DNA of 64,000 nucleotides. Source: Epiperipatus broadwayi (taxonomy: Eukaryota > Animalia > Onychophora). Shown in pieces: positions 27,234 through 38,679 of the stretch. The notes below the pieces were generated by a model, which was given only the letters and a program-made list of their open reading frames with translations, was not told the DNA's origin and did not search any database. Numbering within the stretch: position 1 is the stretch's first letter; each line of letters begins with the position of its first letter. Position numbers and translations under genes: made by a program. The stretch is taken from positions 30,132,001-30,196,000 of the forward strand of contig JAQFVV010000003.1 of assembly GCA_028023455.1 (NCBI GenBank). The letters are read 5' to 3'.

Positions 27234-28969
27234 GTATCTTGACCATATATATCCAAATGAATATCCACTTATTAGTTGATTAATGAGTAGATATATTTTG
27301 CTATAGAACAAAAGCACACACACACACATAAATAATCCATCATTAATTGGTGCTAACTTGCCTATTAAAAATGTGTTTTCCTCCATTCTTTCTCTGTCAA
27401 ACAATACTGAAAATGCCTTTGCCCGGCAGTGGATTAATTAGAGTTATTTTTACATATTACTTAGCAGGATAATTTTTTTTCCCCACATGATTCTAAAAAC
27501 TAACAAGTTGTCAAATAAAATATAAAACAACATACTGTAACAGTTATATAGGCAATGCCAAAGTTACATTATTATATTTTTGGAAAATAACATGATATAT
27601 CCATTTAATTAATTTTCCCTGTATTAAAAAAAAAGATATTCTAAATTTATTATGGAGATGACCCCAAAAAGTTATGAAGATACAACAAAAGTGTTGATAT
27701 GTAAATGAAGTTGAAAAATATTAAAATGAGATAATTTTTTTTCAATCTCCTGCATCATTTTTTTTTTTTTAAATAGAGAAAGAAAAAAAGAAAGAGCAAC
27801 AAAATCAATTACATATTAAGTAAAAAAGGCAAAATATACAAAAAGGTATAAACTTCTAATACTTTTTTTATTTACTTAAAGTGATGGAGATACTTTTTGT
27901 ACTAAGGCTTATATGGAAGATGAAGTGCTAAATTAAAGTAAATAGCTCATTGATTTTGACCCTAGTGCAATTTCCCAATTTATTTTCCTTATCAAACTAG
28001 TTTAAAAACTGCTTTTGATAAATAGAATTCTGCAAACAGATTGTCAGAGAACAAATTAGAATACAGATGCTTTATGTAATTTGCCATTAATGTTTTTATT
28101 TAATGATACTGAAAAGGAGAAATATGTCTAAAGGAAGAGAGTCTTTCAACATAGCAGTAAGATATTTTAAAGCCGCAACTTTCAATGCTTTAATATGGTT
28201 TGTTATTTGTGAATATTCAAGACAAATAATAAAAAAAAAAGAATATTTATAAACTTTAAAAAATTAAAGCATGAAAATTATATTGGAATTTGTCAATATG
28301 ACATTATGTTTTTTTTTTTTTATTCATGAAGGAACTATAGTGATAAAACATTTGAACTTTTATTATAATCCATAACTTGAAAAGCATTCAAGAAAAAAAT
28401 CTCTCAAAGAAGATTCTAGTTATTTATTTTATTGGCTATTTATTATTATATTTTATTTTGTCATTAATAAATTATTTCTTTATTTACAAACTTATTATTT
28501 CATACCTAATTGAAAAGACCCACAGAATAAAACCTCCTCATAACACTAAGAACATGCTCTCTTATGTCTTATATTTGGAGTGTATAGTAGCTAAAGCAAA
28601 TAAATATTTGAATGAAGAATGAGCTCTAGTTAATGAACTACTATTATCATATTATTTTACTTGTACATTTTGCAGCTTTTATTTTCAGTGACCAGAGTCA
28701 CCGTTACAATATGTATATTAGAAATATGTTAGAAGTTGCTATTTTAATTTATGAGAACTTTCCAACCTGCAATATACTAATTATAATAAGAGTTACATTT
28801 GTATAAAATCAACCTAGATATTCATAATTAATATTATAACATTTAACAAGCATATATACTTTTTTTAAAAATAAACTTTTGTAAATTTAATAACTTTACT
28901 CTAGATATGACAACTTGTGACGCAGGAATTTCATGTAACTGAGTCTTTATGACTTTCTGCATTGCATAC

Positions 28970-29089
28970 TTAATTTATGATTATACCAGCATAACAACTT
29001 AAATTTAAAAATAATTTTATAGGAATATGTGTAATTTTCTTTATTAGTATGACTCAATGTATGAGGACCAATTACCAAGAAGCCTTCAG
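28970..29089 (-). CDS. Candidate exon of the minus-strand host gene (phase 1-1)
   Basis: Acceptor TTCTTTTTAAAG|, open frame EGFLVIGPHTLSHTNKENYTYSYKIIFKFKLLCWYNHKL, donor A|GTATGC. Phase-compatible with the 29691-29886 exon. Confidence 0.4.
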
Positions 29090-29289
29090 CTTTAAAAAGA
29101 ATGCCATGCATGTTTTAAACTTACATAATTCTTCTCCTTAAATATAAATTCTAATACATTCATATTACATATATACAAAATAACTTCATGGAATAATGGT
29201 TAACAAATTTAACTTGGATTTTTCTTTCAGATAGCCAGTTCATAGGCAATCCAACTAAATACTTATCTATTATTAATTAAATAATAAAC

Positions 29290-29535
29290 ATTGCTAAAAA
29301 AATTTGGGTTGATTAAGAAGGTAAAATAAAGTTGGACTGAACATGTTTCTGGAAAAAACAATTAAGATACAACACAAAAATTAAACTCAATTCCAAAAGT
29401 AAGCGACCATATGTGAGATAAACGAATAAGAAAATTTGCTGAAATAATGCGAAGATGTCAAGGAGAGGAAAAATCGATTAAATCAAGGGACCTTCATGCT
29501 GTAATACTGATAATGTCGAAGATAATGATGATGCA
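29290..29535 (+). mobile_element. RTE 3'-terminal fragment
   Basis: WTEHV-like motif followed by a decayed RTE end and a short (GAT)n tail, resembling 40530-40785. Confidence 0.55.
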
Positions 29536-29690
29536 TAAATGTAAGTATAGAAATAATTACAATGTTTAAAATCAAATCTTTATTTTAATTCCTTATTAAT
29601 TTTAAAAATCTTGATTTTAAAATAAAAATGACTTGCAAATTTATTTTAAAGGAAGACACTAAAAAATAATTCCAATATACTTTAATTTAC

Positions 29691-29886
29691 GTATATATAT
29701 AGATTTTAAAAATGTCAATAAGAAAAATTGAAAACATGTTAAAGTGTGTGGAATATTATGTCCAGCGGAACTATATTTTATAGCTGAAACTAAAATGTCA
29801 TAATAATATGGGGAGGAAGTTCGCGATTTAAGAGATGTCATTTTTAACCAGAGTTGCGTTCTGATATCATTTACAGACAAGCACAA
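29691..29886 (-). CDS. Candidate exon of the minus-strand host gene (phase 0-1)
   Basis: Acceptor TATATTTGTTCAG|, 65 stop-free codons LCLSVNDIRTQLWLKMTSLKSRTSSPYYYDILVSAIKYSSAGHNIPHTLTCFQFFLLTFLKSIYI, donor C|GTAAAT. CpGs are retained. Confidence 0.55.
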
Positions 29887-30179
29887 CTGAACAAATATAT
29901 TTCAGTTATTCTAATCTTAAATAGTACTAAAATAAATAACAATAATCAATGTCGATAGTTATATTTAGTTTTCCAACTCCTAAAATGTGCAGTACTTAAT
30001 AAAGTTTCACAATGGAAAAAAAAAACTTTAGACATTCCCTAATCACCAGACTTACATATATATAAATTAAAAATTAATTAAGAAAATAATACAATGTTTT
30101 AAATTTCAGTCAATAAGCACATTTCTAATTTTACAAGTGTATTTACGATTTTCATTTTCAAAGATGTTTCAGTTCCCTC

Positions 30180-30430
30180 AACTTTTTTGTGAAAAAAAAA
30201 ATTATTACCGTATGGCCATCGATATTTTCTGATCCTATTATTCTAACCGATCTACTTCCAATGAATCTTTCTGCTCTATAAGCAAAATATGCCATTTTGA
30301 CACATTTGAAATTTTTTTAAATATCATGTCTTTTTATAAACTGTGTAAGACATTTTACTACTTTCAGCCATAAATCCGTATATTACTGCTGTGCCATCTA
30401 CAATCATTCTGCGGATTTTATTAATACGTA
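30180..30430 (-). pseudogene. Possible retroviral-like integrase fragment (Maverick/Ginger-like)
   Basis: AYRAERFIGSRSVRI loosely resembles the KA..AERF.RTLK.RI integrase motif; the match is weak. Confidence 0.25.
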
Positions 30431-31439
30431 TGATAAGTGTTGTTGTTTTTTTTTTTTTTTAGTAAACCTGAAAAAAAAAAAAAAGTGAAAAAATGTTTAA
30501 AAAAAACAATTATTATTAAGTAACAAATTAAAAATATAAACAATAAGTATTTGATTATATGAATAAAATTTTAGCATTTCACAAGCACAATTTCTGAATT
30601 TATCACACATTTTTGAATTTAAAACAATGATTCTACTTCCTTATTTTCCATGACGTCATGTATTTACACATCTATTATCGATTCAATCCGACAAATGATA
30701 ATCGATTAATGCTATGTAAAAAAAAAATGCGTCAATGCAAAGTTACAATGATAGGAGATATTAATAAAGATGATACTAACAGTGACATCGCTAAATTTGA
30801 AAAAGTATTTCAATAATTTAATCTAGAATATACAAATTGTTTTAAAATATTAAAAGATATTAAAATTGGCTGATAATCGAAAGACATTAAAAAGAAGATA
30901 ACCGATCACTCTATTAAAATAATAACACATATTGTGGAGGGAAATATAACTTTCATAAGTAAATTTTTTAATTACGAGAAAGGACAAAATTTTCAAAACG
31001 GAAGAAATTTAAAATTTTTGGAAAAAGAAAAAATATTTATTTAGACTAATTGAATATCTAATTCTATAATGCAACATCCATTAGTAAATTTTTAACTGAG
31101 ATAGAGCAATATATTCATGATAGAAGGAATATAACATTTCTAAAAAAGAATATTTATTTTGACCTATTGAATATCTGTAATTCAATAAATGGTAGAGAAA
31201 TATTAATGATATAAAGAAACAAATGAATAAAATCTCAAAGAAATAAAAGACATCCTGATATCTGATGAAAAGTATATCCGTAATAAGAAGGAAGATGACA
31301 ATAATTCTAAAAGTAGTGGTAGCATCATAAAGTTTGTGAAAGAATTTTATAAAAAATATTTAGTATTGTACAATAGAAAAACAAAGTGGGTTATACAATT
31401 ATAATAATAAATTTTTAATATCATAGAATTTAGATGAAA

Positions 31440-31546
31440 AGATTATGCATGCTAGTAAATCTATGAAGAATGGTGAAGCTTCAGTAAACAGTAAATCATC
31501 ATCATCATCATCATCATCATTATTATTATTATTATTTTTAAAAAAT
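31440..31546 (+). repeat. Probable LINE 3' tip with (CAT)n(TAT)n tail
   Basis: GAAGAATGGTGAAGCTTCAGTAAACAG followed by a run of CAT then TAT triplets. Confidence 0.45.
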
Positions 31547-31858
31547 ATATATGAAGAAATAATACAGTTAATCATAAAGATATACTCCAAATCTAAATTA
31601 TAAGTGTTTATTAGATGACTACGAGTATGCAATTGAAAGCTGTGCTCAGGCTATTGATGGCACCAAAAAGGAGAATAATGGAATGATCTTTAGATATAAT
31701 AACTAATTGTAGATAGTAATAAATAATGTCTCACCAAGAGCTCCTGCTGACTTGTAGGATAGGATATTAGTTCAACAAAGACTAAGTGATGTTTATGATA
31801 CAAACAATATGTTCTTTCTCTCTTTTTTCTTCTTAAGTTATTTAAGATATTACATTAA

Positions 31859-32564
31859 AAGGCATCTGAACTCAGACTTTCAAGCTCTCTACAGCTATCC
31901 ACTCCATCTTATATAATGTGAAAAAGATAAATGATCTTCAATATGTGTATTTTATGCTGAACCAGCACTCATCAGTTGGTCCACATAATCTCCCCCACAC
32001 ATATATAATCAATGCTCAGTTTATATTAAGATAGCAAATCTTCAAACTTTAATGGACAGACTTCAATCTTTGCCAATCTTCCAACTCTTCAGCCATCCAT
32101 GCCATTGAAAATCTGATGACAGAACACTCAAAGCCCTTGTTGATGGCAATTTTATTGTCATACCCATGTTTAAGGCATTCTCATCTCCTCACATCTAGAA
32201 CCTTAATATGTTCACTTAAATACATAGAAGAGGAATGGCTATGACAATAAGATTGACATCAACAAGAGCTTTGAGCATTCCATCCTCAGATTTTTATTGA
32301 TGTGAATGGCTGAAGAGTGGGAGGTTGGAGAAGATTGAAGCTTGTTCTTTAAAGTTTGAAGATTTGCTATCTTAATATAAACTGAGCACTGATTATATAT
32401 GTGTGGGAGATAATAATCTGGATCAACTGATGAGTGCTGGTTTAGCATGAAATACATATATTGGAGATCATTTATCTTTTTCACATGTATGTGGTCATGT
32501 ATGTCAGTTGTATAAAATTGAATAGATAACTATAGGGAGCTTGAAAGCCTGAGTTCAAATGTCT
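31859..32564. mobile_element. Foldback insertion (~300-bp arms, 77-bp spacer) with a hammerhead motif in each arm
   Basis: Arms 31859-32162 and 32240-32564 are diverged reverse complements, with HHR motifs pointing outward. Confidence 0.75.
32421..32468 (+). ncRNA. Minimal hammerhead motif, canonical core
   Basis: GATCAA-CTGATGA-GTGCT-GGTTT-AGCAT-GAAA-TACATA-TA-TTGG. The mirror copy on the minus strand (~31932-31982) has GAAA changed to AAAA. Confidence 0.6.
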
Positions 32565-33408
32565 CCTAACTACATTAATTTCAGTATAGACAATATATTT
32601 GTATTTGAATATTAAATTAGTAAACTTTTTAAAGCTGAATAAAATAAACTATAGAAATTAAAAATAATATATAGGAGTCCCTAAAAAATAAGAATACAGA
32701 ACCAAAAATTAGAAGTTTTGATTTAAATGTTGCTCATTGGAATTTTTTTTATCAACTCGATATTGTTAAATTTTCATATTAAATTATAGTTAAGACATTT
32801 TTACTGCTCATGAATATTATATTTTTTTTAAGCTGTGTTATAAAACGTAACTATTTGTCAACTTACAAACAATCAAAAATACCGTACAAAGTTTCCTAAT
32901 GCTCTGGAATATTGAACTCTGCACATAATTTCAAATAAGGTTTATTATTACTATATTTTCAATACTGTATTTTAATTATTACAGAAAAGAAAAATGAGAA
33001 TAAAAATCCAATTTATTTTGGCTAGCTTTTCTTTTACTCAAAAGGAATATATTAACTTTTTATATCGAATTTATTGCCTGTCAAAAACTAGCATCATGAA
33101 AAAATAATGCATGAACATTGATACACTTAAAATAAAAAATGTTATTTTGTTTTTAAATATTTATTTTCTAAAAATATAAAATAAAATACTAACACTTATA
33201 CATACAAACATTTATTTTATTATTAATAAATATTAAGCACTCCTTTTAATGATACAAAATAAAATCACACACACACCCATATATGTACATACACAAATGT
33301 TTATCTATATTCTATTTCATAATGTTCCATTATTTTCAACTTTGAGACATGTATTCTATAATAATTTCAACTCTAGACATATATTCTGAAATGTGGAGAT
33401 GTTTAAAA

Positions 33409-33411
<3 letters not shown>

Positions 33412-33483
<72 letters not shown>
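33412..33483 (+). repeat. (AAT)24 microsatellite followed by (CAT)3
   Basis: Read directly from the sequence. Confidence 0.95.
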
Positions 33484-33932
33484 CATCATCATCTTGATTT
33501 TCGTGAGATGCTATTTCTTTCTAATTTGCAAAATATAAAAGTATATTATGCAAGAGTAAACCATGAAGATAATTTGTTGCAGATTGTATCATACATTAAT
33601 TCAAAATTTTATTCAATTAATAAAAAAAACTGGAATATAGACTACTAACAAAAGACGCTAATGTTATTTACCTACTGCTGATGCCAAATGACTACTCAAT
33701 TTATGTTTATAAAAATGTTTTATATAAATAGTTTGTCATTGCATTTTTTAATTAAATCAAACACTAAATAATTAATTATTTAGAGGTTGAATAAAATAAA
33801 TTTAGTTATTTGTAAGCCTGCACCAATTAAAAATATTGCACAAGAGTCCTTAGGCATCAAGAATATAATTTCATGTTAAGGATTATTTATCAAAAAATGT
33901 TTAATCAATTCAAGTTTTTTATCAATTCCACA

Positions 33933-34091
33933 TAAGTAATAATTTACTAAGGCTGTAACCTTAGAAATAAGCGTCTGAAAAATACGAAGGTAGGGACCTC
34001 TATAGGTCTTAAAACACAAGCTTACGCTATGAAGAAAAGAGAGAATCAGACGCTTATTTCTAAGGTTACAGCCTTAGTAAATTATTACTTA
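33933..34091. repeat. Perfect 46-bp inverted repeat with 67-bp spacer
   Basis: 33933-33978 is the exact reverse complement of 34046-34091. The spacer holds a small hairpin, GGGACC-TCTATA-GGTCTT. Confidence 0.9.
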
Positions 34092-34604
34092 ATATAATAA
34101 TGGGCGTTTAATAAAATTTATAATTACAATTCCACATAATTAAATTTTTATAATTTTGAATTAAATTTAAAACAATTTTTTTTTCTTCAAATATAAAAAA
34201 ATTACATTTTTTAACACTGAATAAAGAATTTTAGTAATTTGTAAACTTACAACAATTAAAAATATTGCACACAGCCTTCTATTTATATACATACAGTATT
34301 GTCATGACATCTGCTATATTTTATTTCAAGCTTTCCTCACATACATTATGTATAATAGCTCATGTTTTGATGATAAACTTTGATTACAATAGAATACTTA
34401 TTATTCACTAAGCTGCACATGTACAGTATTTGTCAATATATATATATATGTTAATTCTAATATTTTCACGGATAAATGATGATTTAATATTATTAGTATT
34501 TTCGGGATATTCCGTGCGGTAAAATATCTAAAAAGCTGACGTTTCGGTACAATAATATGAAATCATATATATTATAATTCGATGTCTGTATTTCTTCAAA
34601 TCAA

Positions 34605-34795
34605 TATATATAATCTTATAATTGAATATTTATAAATACAGTAATTAGGTATATGTAATGTATAACTATAATGTTAGTTCACAAAGACTACAAGGATAGT
34701 TGAAAGCGCTCCTGAGTGGATACAATTTTTAAAATTATACTTTACATATATATAATTACTGTATTCATAAATATTCAATTATAAGATTACATATA
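34605..34795. repeat. ~63-bp inverted repeat; spacer has a partial hammerhead
   Basis: Arms 34605-34667 and 34732-34795. The spacer contains GACTA-CAAGGA-TAGTT-GAAAGCGCTC but no recognisable CUGANGA. Confidence 0.75.
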
Positions 34796-34835
34796 TATAG
34801 ATGTTTTTCTATGTGAATAAAATTACAAAAAAATC

Positions 34836-35536
34836 AAGTCAGATGTCACATGACCTAATTTAACAAGCTTGTATTACAAATGTTATATATAGAGCTTGCA
34901 AATAAGCTCTTAACAAGCTTTTCAGAATATCTCCAACTCCAGACCAGTTTCTGCTACTGGCTTCCTCAACGAGGTGCTAGGATATTCAAGCATTAAATTA
35001 AAAATACCAGGACAAGCCTAGCACTTTATCTAATGGATAACTATTAAGTAGAAAATCTAAAATTTTCAGACATCCATATATATTCCAACCAGCTATCTAA
35101 CTTAAATAGCTATATGGGACTGAATTAAGTTCAGATATAACATATATTAATAGCTTTAGCAATATAAAATTGCCAAATCCTTAATAGCAAAAAATAAAAA
35201 AAAAATAAAGTCAGATGTCACATGACCTAATTTAACAAACTTGTATTATAAATGTTATATTGCTAAAGCTATTAATGTATGGTGTGTATCTGAACTTAGT
35301 CCAGTCCCATATAGCTATTTAAGTTAGATAACTGGATTGGAATACATATGGATGTCTGAAAATTTCAAATTTTCTACCTAATAGTTATCCATTAGATAAA
35401 TTGCTGGGCTTGTCCTGGTATTTTTAATCTAATGCTTAAACATCTTAGCATCTCACTGAGGAAGCCTGTAGCACAAACTAGTCTGGGGTTGGTGATATTC
35501 TGCAAAGCTTGTTAAGAGCTTATTTGTGAGTTCTAT
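34836..35536. mobile_element. Foldback insertion (~280-bp arms) with HHR motifs and an internal 53-bp duplication of its left flank
   Basis: Arms 34888-35167 and 35255-35536; direct repeat 34836-34888 / 35208-35260. HHR CTCA-CTGAGGA-AGCCTGTAGCA-CAAA-CTAGTC-TGGG at 35452-35487. The minus-strand mirror at 34937-34973 keeps GAAA. Confidence 0.75.
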
Positions 35537-37086
35537 GTGAGTAATATGTGTATGTAAATTAATATTATATTACAAACAATTTTTTTAATGTTATTAATAA
35601 TAAATTGCAAGAGCACATGTACATATATATTTGCTGTTTATGTGCTCACTCATTTGTATTTACTCAAAAAATAAAAATAATAACAAGCATAGTATAATGT
35701 ATTTTTGTTTTCTTTAAATAAAATGAATTGTGAAATGCCAGATTTTCATTAAAATTGAATACACTGTGGACTACATCCCTTTTTCCACTAACTTTTTTGC
35801 CATACAGAAATTTGTTATCAGCCAACTATAGCCTCTCTAGTTGTTAGATGTTTTAAGTCAGTATTAACATTGGAATTTATATGATCATCTCTATTCAACA
35901 TTACCCATTTTATATTCTTATTGGAACTCTTCAAACTTTAAGTATTTATTGCACTATAAAAACTATTCTGTTATCAAATCATAAAATTTTTGCCTTTATG
36001 CAAAAACATTTTATTATGCAAAATACTGTATCTATTAAATTCATGAAAGATAATAAAGTGACAAGTAAAAGCTGTATGCTTTAAATGTAAATTGAAGAAA
36101 TGTTATTAATAAATGTGATATTATATAGTTCTTTCAGATGGAAAAATGGCTGCTATCATAATGTCAAATTTACTAAGTTTATGAAGTTTTAATGTTTTTT
36201 TTATTTATTTAAGAGTATTTTGTTAATTTACATTTTTTGGACAGCATATAATTGAAATAGTGTATGTTGATATAGCATATATCGCTTCACTAAATATACA
36301 TAATATAATTATAATTCAATCATAGTGTATCTATTTGCCATTTCTATGATCTGAGCTTACATATAGGTCAGATACAAATTTCTTTAGATTTCAATCAGGT
36401 TTAATTTTTTTTTTTCCCTAGCTAACTCAGATAACCATCCAATATTGGTCAATAAATGTGTTTGTTAAAAGATAAGTCAAGAATGTATAGGTACCCAAAT
36501 CATTCACTATCCTGAAATTAAAGTGTGCTATATGGTTACTTCTCCTTCACCATTTTTGTTTGAGGACCTGTTAAAGAAACCTTTAGCTTGTGATGGGATA
36601 TTTTTAAATAATAGTAAAAAAGAATAGAAAAATGAAATGAAAATTGAGTAACATTGCTAATTTAAACTACTTATCTAGATTAAGGATTTTATCAAATAAG
36701 GTTCCAATGTGCATGAGACAATGGCAGTATTTAAACAATTTAATATTAACCAATCTATTTCAAAATCTGAATGAAACTTTAAGTACTACTCAAAAAAAAT
36801 ATTCTAAAAGCAAAAGTGCTGGTCAGCAATAATTGCTATACTGAGTTGGAGACTGATATTAGCAAAGGTCTATACTATAAAAATGAACATGGACATTAAT
36901 AGATCATTCTACTAAAAAACAGATAGAAAATCTTAAGCATCTCAAAATACATTTCTTCTTAAATAAATAAATAATCCTATGTTAAATGTTTATGTCACAT
37001 GACATTCAATCAATAATGTATTTGATTGGGTAAAACACTTTCAATTTGATTAACCAAACTGAGATATATATATTTTAACTTTTCAG

Positions 37087-37179
37087 GTTACAAATTGATC
37101 CAGGAGTATTTTATTCAACAGTTATCAGTGCACTAAATCGCACAGAAAAACACTTTTTGTTGAGGATTAACCAGCAAAA
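37087..37179 (+). CDS. Candidate 93-nt symmetric exon of an unknown gene
   Basis: Acceptor TTTTAACTTTTCAG|, stop-free LQIDPGVFYSTVISALNRTEKHFLLRINQQ, donor AA|GTAAAA. Confidence 0.4.
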
Positions 37180-37914
37180 GTAAAAAAAAAAACAGTTCTC
37201 TATTACTATTCTAATAAAAATTAATGGGAAAGTTTATAATTACAGAAATAAATATATAATTAATTGTTTAAGCAGTTAAGTGTTACTTAAGAACTCAATA
37301 AAAAGAAGGAGCAAACGAGCAACTGTTGCAATTTTTTTTGTTTTACTCAAAAGGACATCAATCCAGAAACCTTCTGCTCTTGAAAAATTGCACAGGGCAT
37401 ACATTATACCTATCTTTCTTTTATGTAGTTAATTTTACAATATCAGATTTTTAAGAAAAAATTGTTCTTAATAAAAATTTAGATTCAAATAAAAAAATCT
37501 GAAGTATCAAAAAATTCTAAATAAAAGAGACAAAGAATAAAAAAAATTGCTATCACAACAATAACTAAACAAAGAAACCTAAACAGAAAACTATAAATTA
37601 AAAAAAAATACAACAATGTAATTATTAAGTATCTGCATCAATTAAATTGCTTCTAATCTAATTCCACAGAAAATCAATGTCTTCAGCAAAAGGCTGATTT
37701 ATAAAGCAAATATCAGATCGAACTTTAATTAAAGAATTTAAGAGAGAATAATAAAATCTCAATCTGGCCACATGAGTGAATATGATATTCACTGTCCTAT
37801 ATTTTAAATCTTGAATGTTGCTTGACATCTAAGTAACTGTCATGAATGAATTAATTATAAAAGTTAAAGAAATAATTGAATGACTTCATTGCTCGAGAGT
37901 TCTCTGAAAATAAC

Positions 37915-37976
37915 AGAGCTCGGTTTGATCCTTGGACTTTAAGCTTCAAGTCTGCTACTCTACCACTGCAACCCAC
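37915..37976 (-). mobile_element. Decayed tRNA-derived SINE head
   Basis: Minus strand GGTTGCAGTGGTAGAG (A-box-like) ... GGATCAAACC (B-box-like). Confidence 0.5.
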
Positions 37977-38159
37977 TTCTGATTTACATTTAATTTGTGT
38001 TTGATAGTTATAATTTCTTCACTTTAGAAATTCTAGAACATTCTTTGTAAATATAATATCTGATATTAAATGAATGTTCATGCTTACAGATGAAGAGCTT
38101 AGTTTTTTAAAAATCAATTCAACATAAAAATTGCATAATTAAATCTGTTTAAGCTCCCT

Positions 38160-38675
38160 ATAAACAATTTTTATTCTGTCACAACAATTATATCAATGTT
38201 GTAACTAGTGCACATTTTTGTTTAACACCAGATTTCATTTCAAAAGCGTCACATTTTCTATCATATAGAAGGTGTATAGAATGAATAAAATTTGGTGGAC
38301 ATCAATTCCATAGACCTGTCCTATTAACTTAATCAAATGCCTTGATCAAATCAATATAAGCAACATGTAAATCAATGTCATGTTCCTGAGATTTTATTTG
38401 TATTTTCTGACAACAAATACCATGTCCATAATACTTGTTTCTCTAAAATCACATTGAGTCTCTGATAACTGAAAACAACCTATTCAACAAAATTCTTAAA
38501 AATACCTTTGCTGTAATGAATAATAATAACATTCCATAGTAATTATTGAAATCTTGCCTATTTACCTTAATTTTGAAAATTAGAATAATAATATTTTTGC
38601 AGAAAGATAAAAACTTTATATTATGAATTCTTTTTTTAAGAAAAATATTAAGTGGAAATGAACATGTAAGCATTT
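38160..38675 (-). mobile_element. RT part of a BovB-like RTE, probable continuation of 40786-42320
   Basis: DFNNYYGMLLL..AKVFLRILLNRL, YIDLIKAFD, FEMKSGVKQKCALVTTL. Confidence 0.75.
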
Positions 38676-38679
38676 AAAT

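Noticed and set aside
28085-28156. Plus-strand MSKGRESFNIA|GTAAGA possible first exon
   Set aside because: No compatible downstream exon or promoter evidence; could be chance.
28486-28590. Minus-strand exon candidate following 28970-29089
   Set aside because: All frames from the good acceptor hit stops before the donor.
31859-35536. Repeat-spacer-repeat layout reminiscent of CRISPR or classic MITEs
   Set aside because: The repeats are inverted and unrelated between units, there are no cas genes, and no consistent TIR/TSD signature.
36640-36960. KSKSAGQQ stretch resembling a LINE RT N-terminus
   Set aside because: A single weak motif, insufficient to call.
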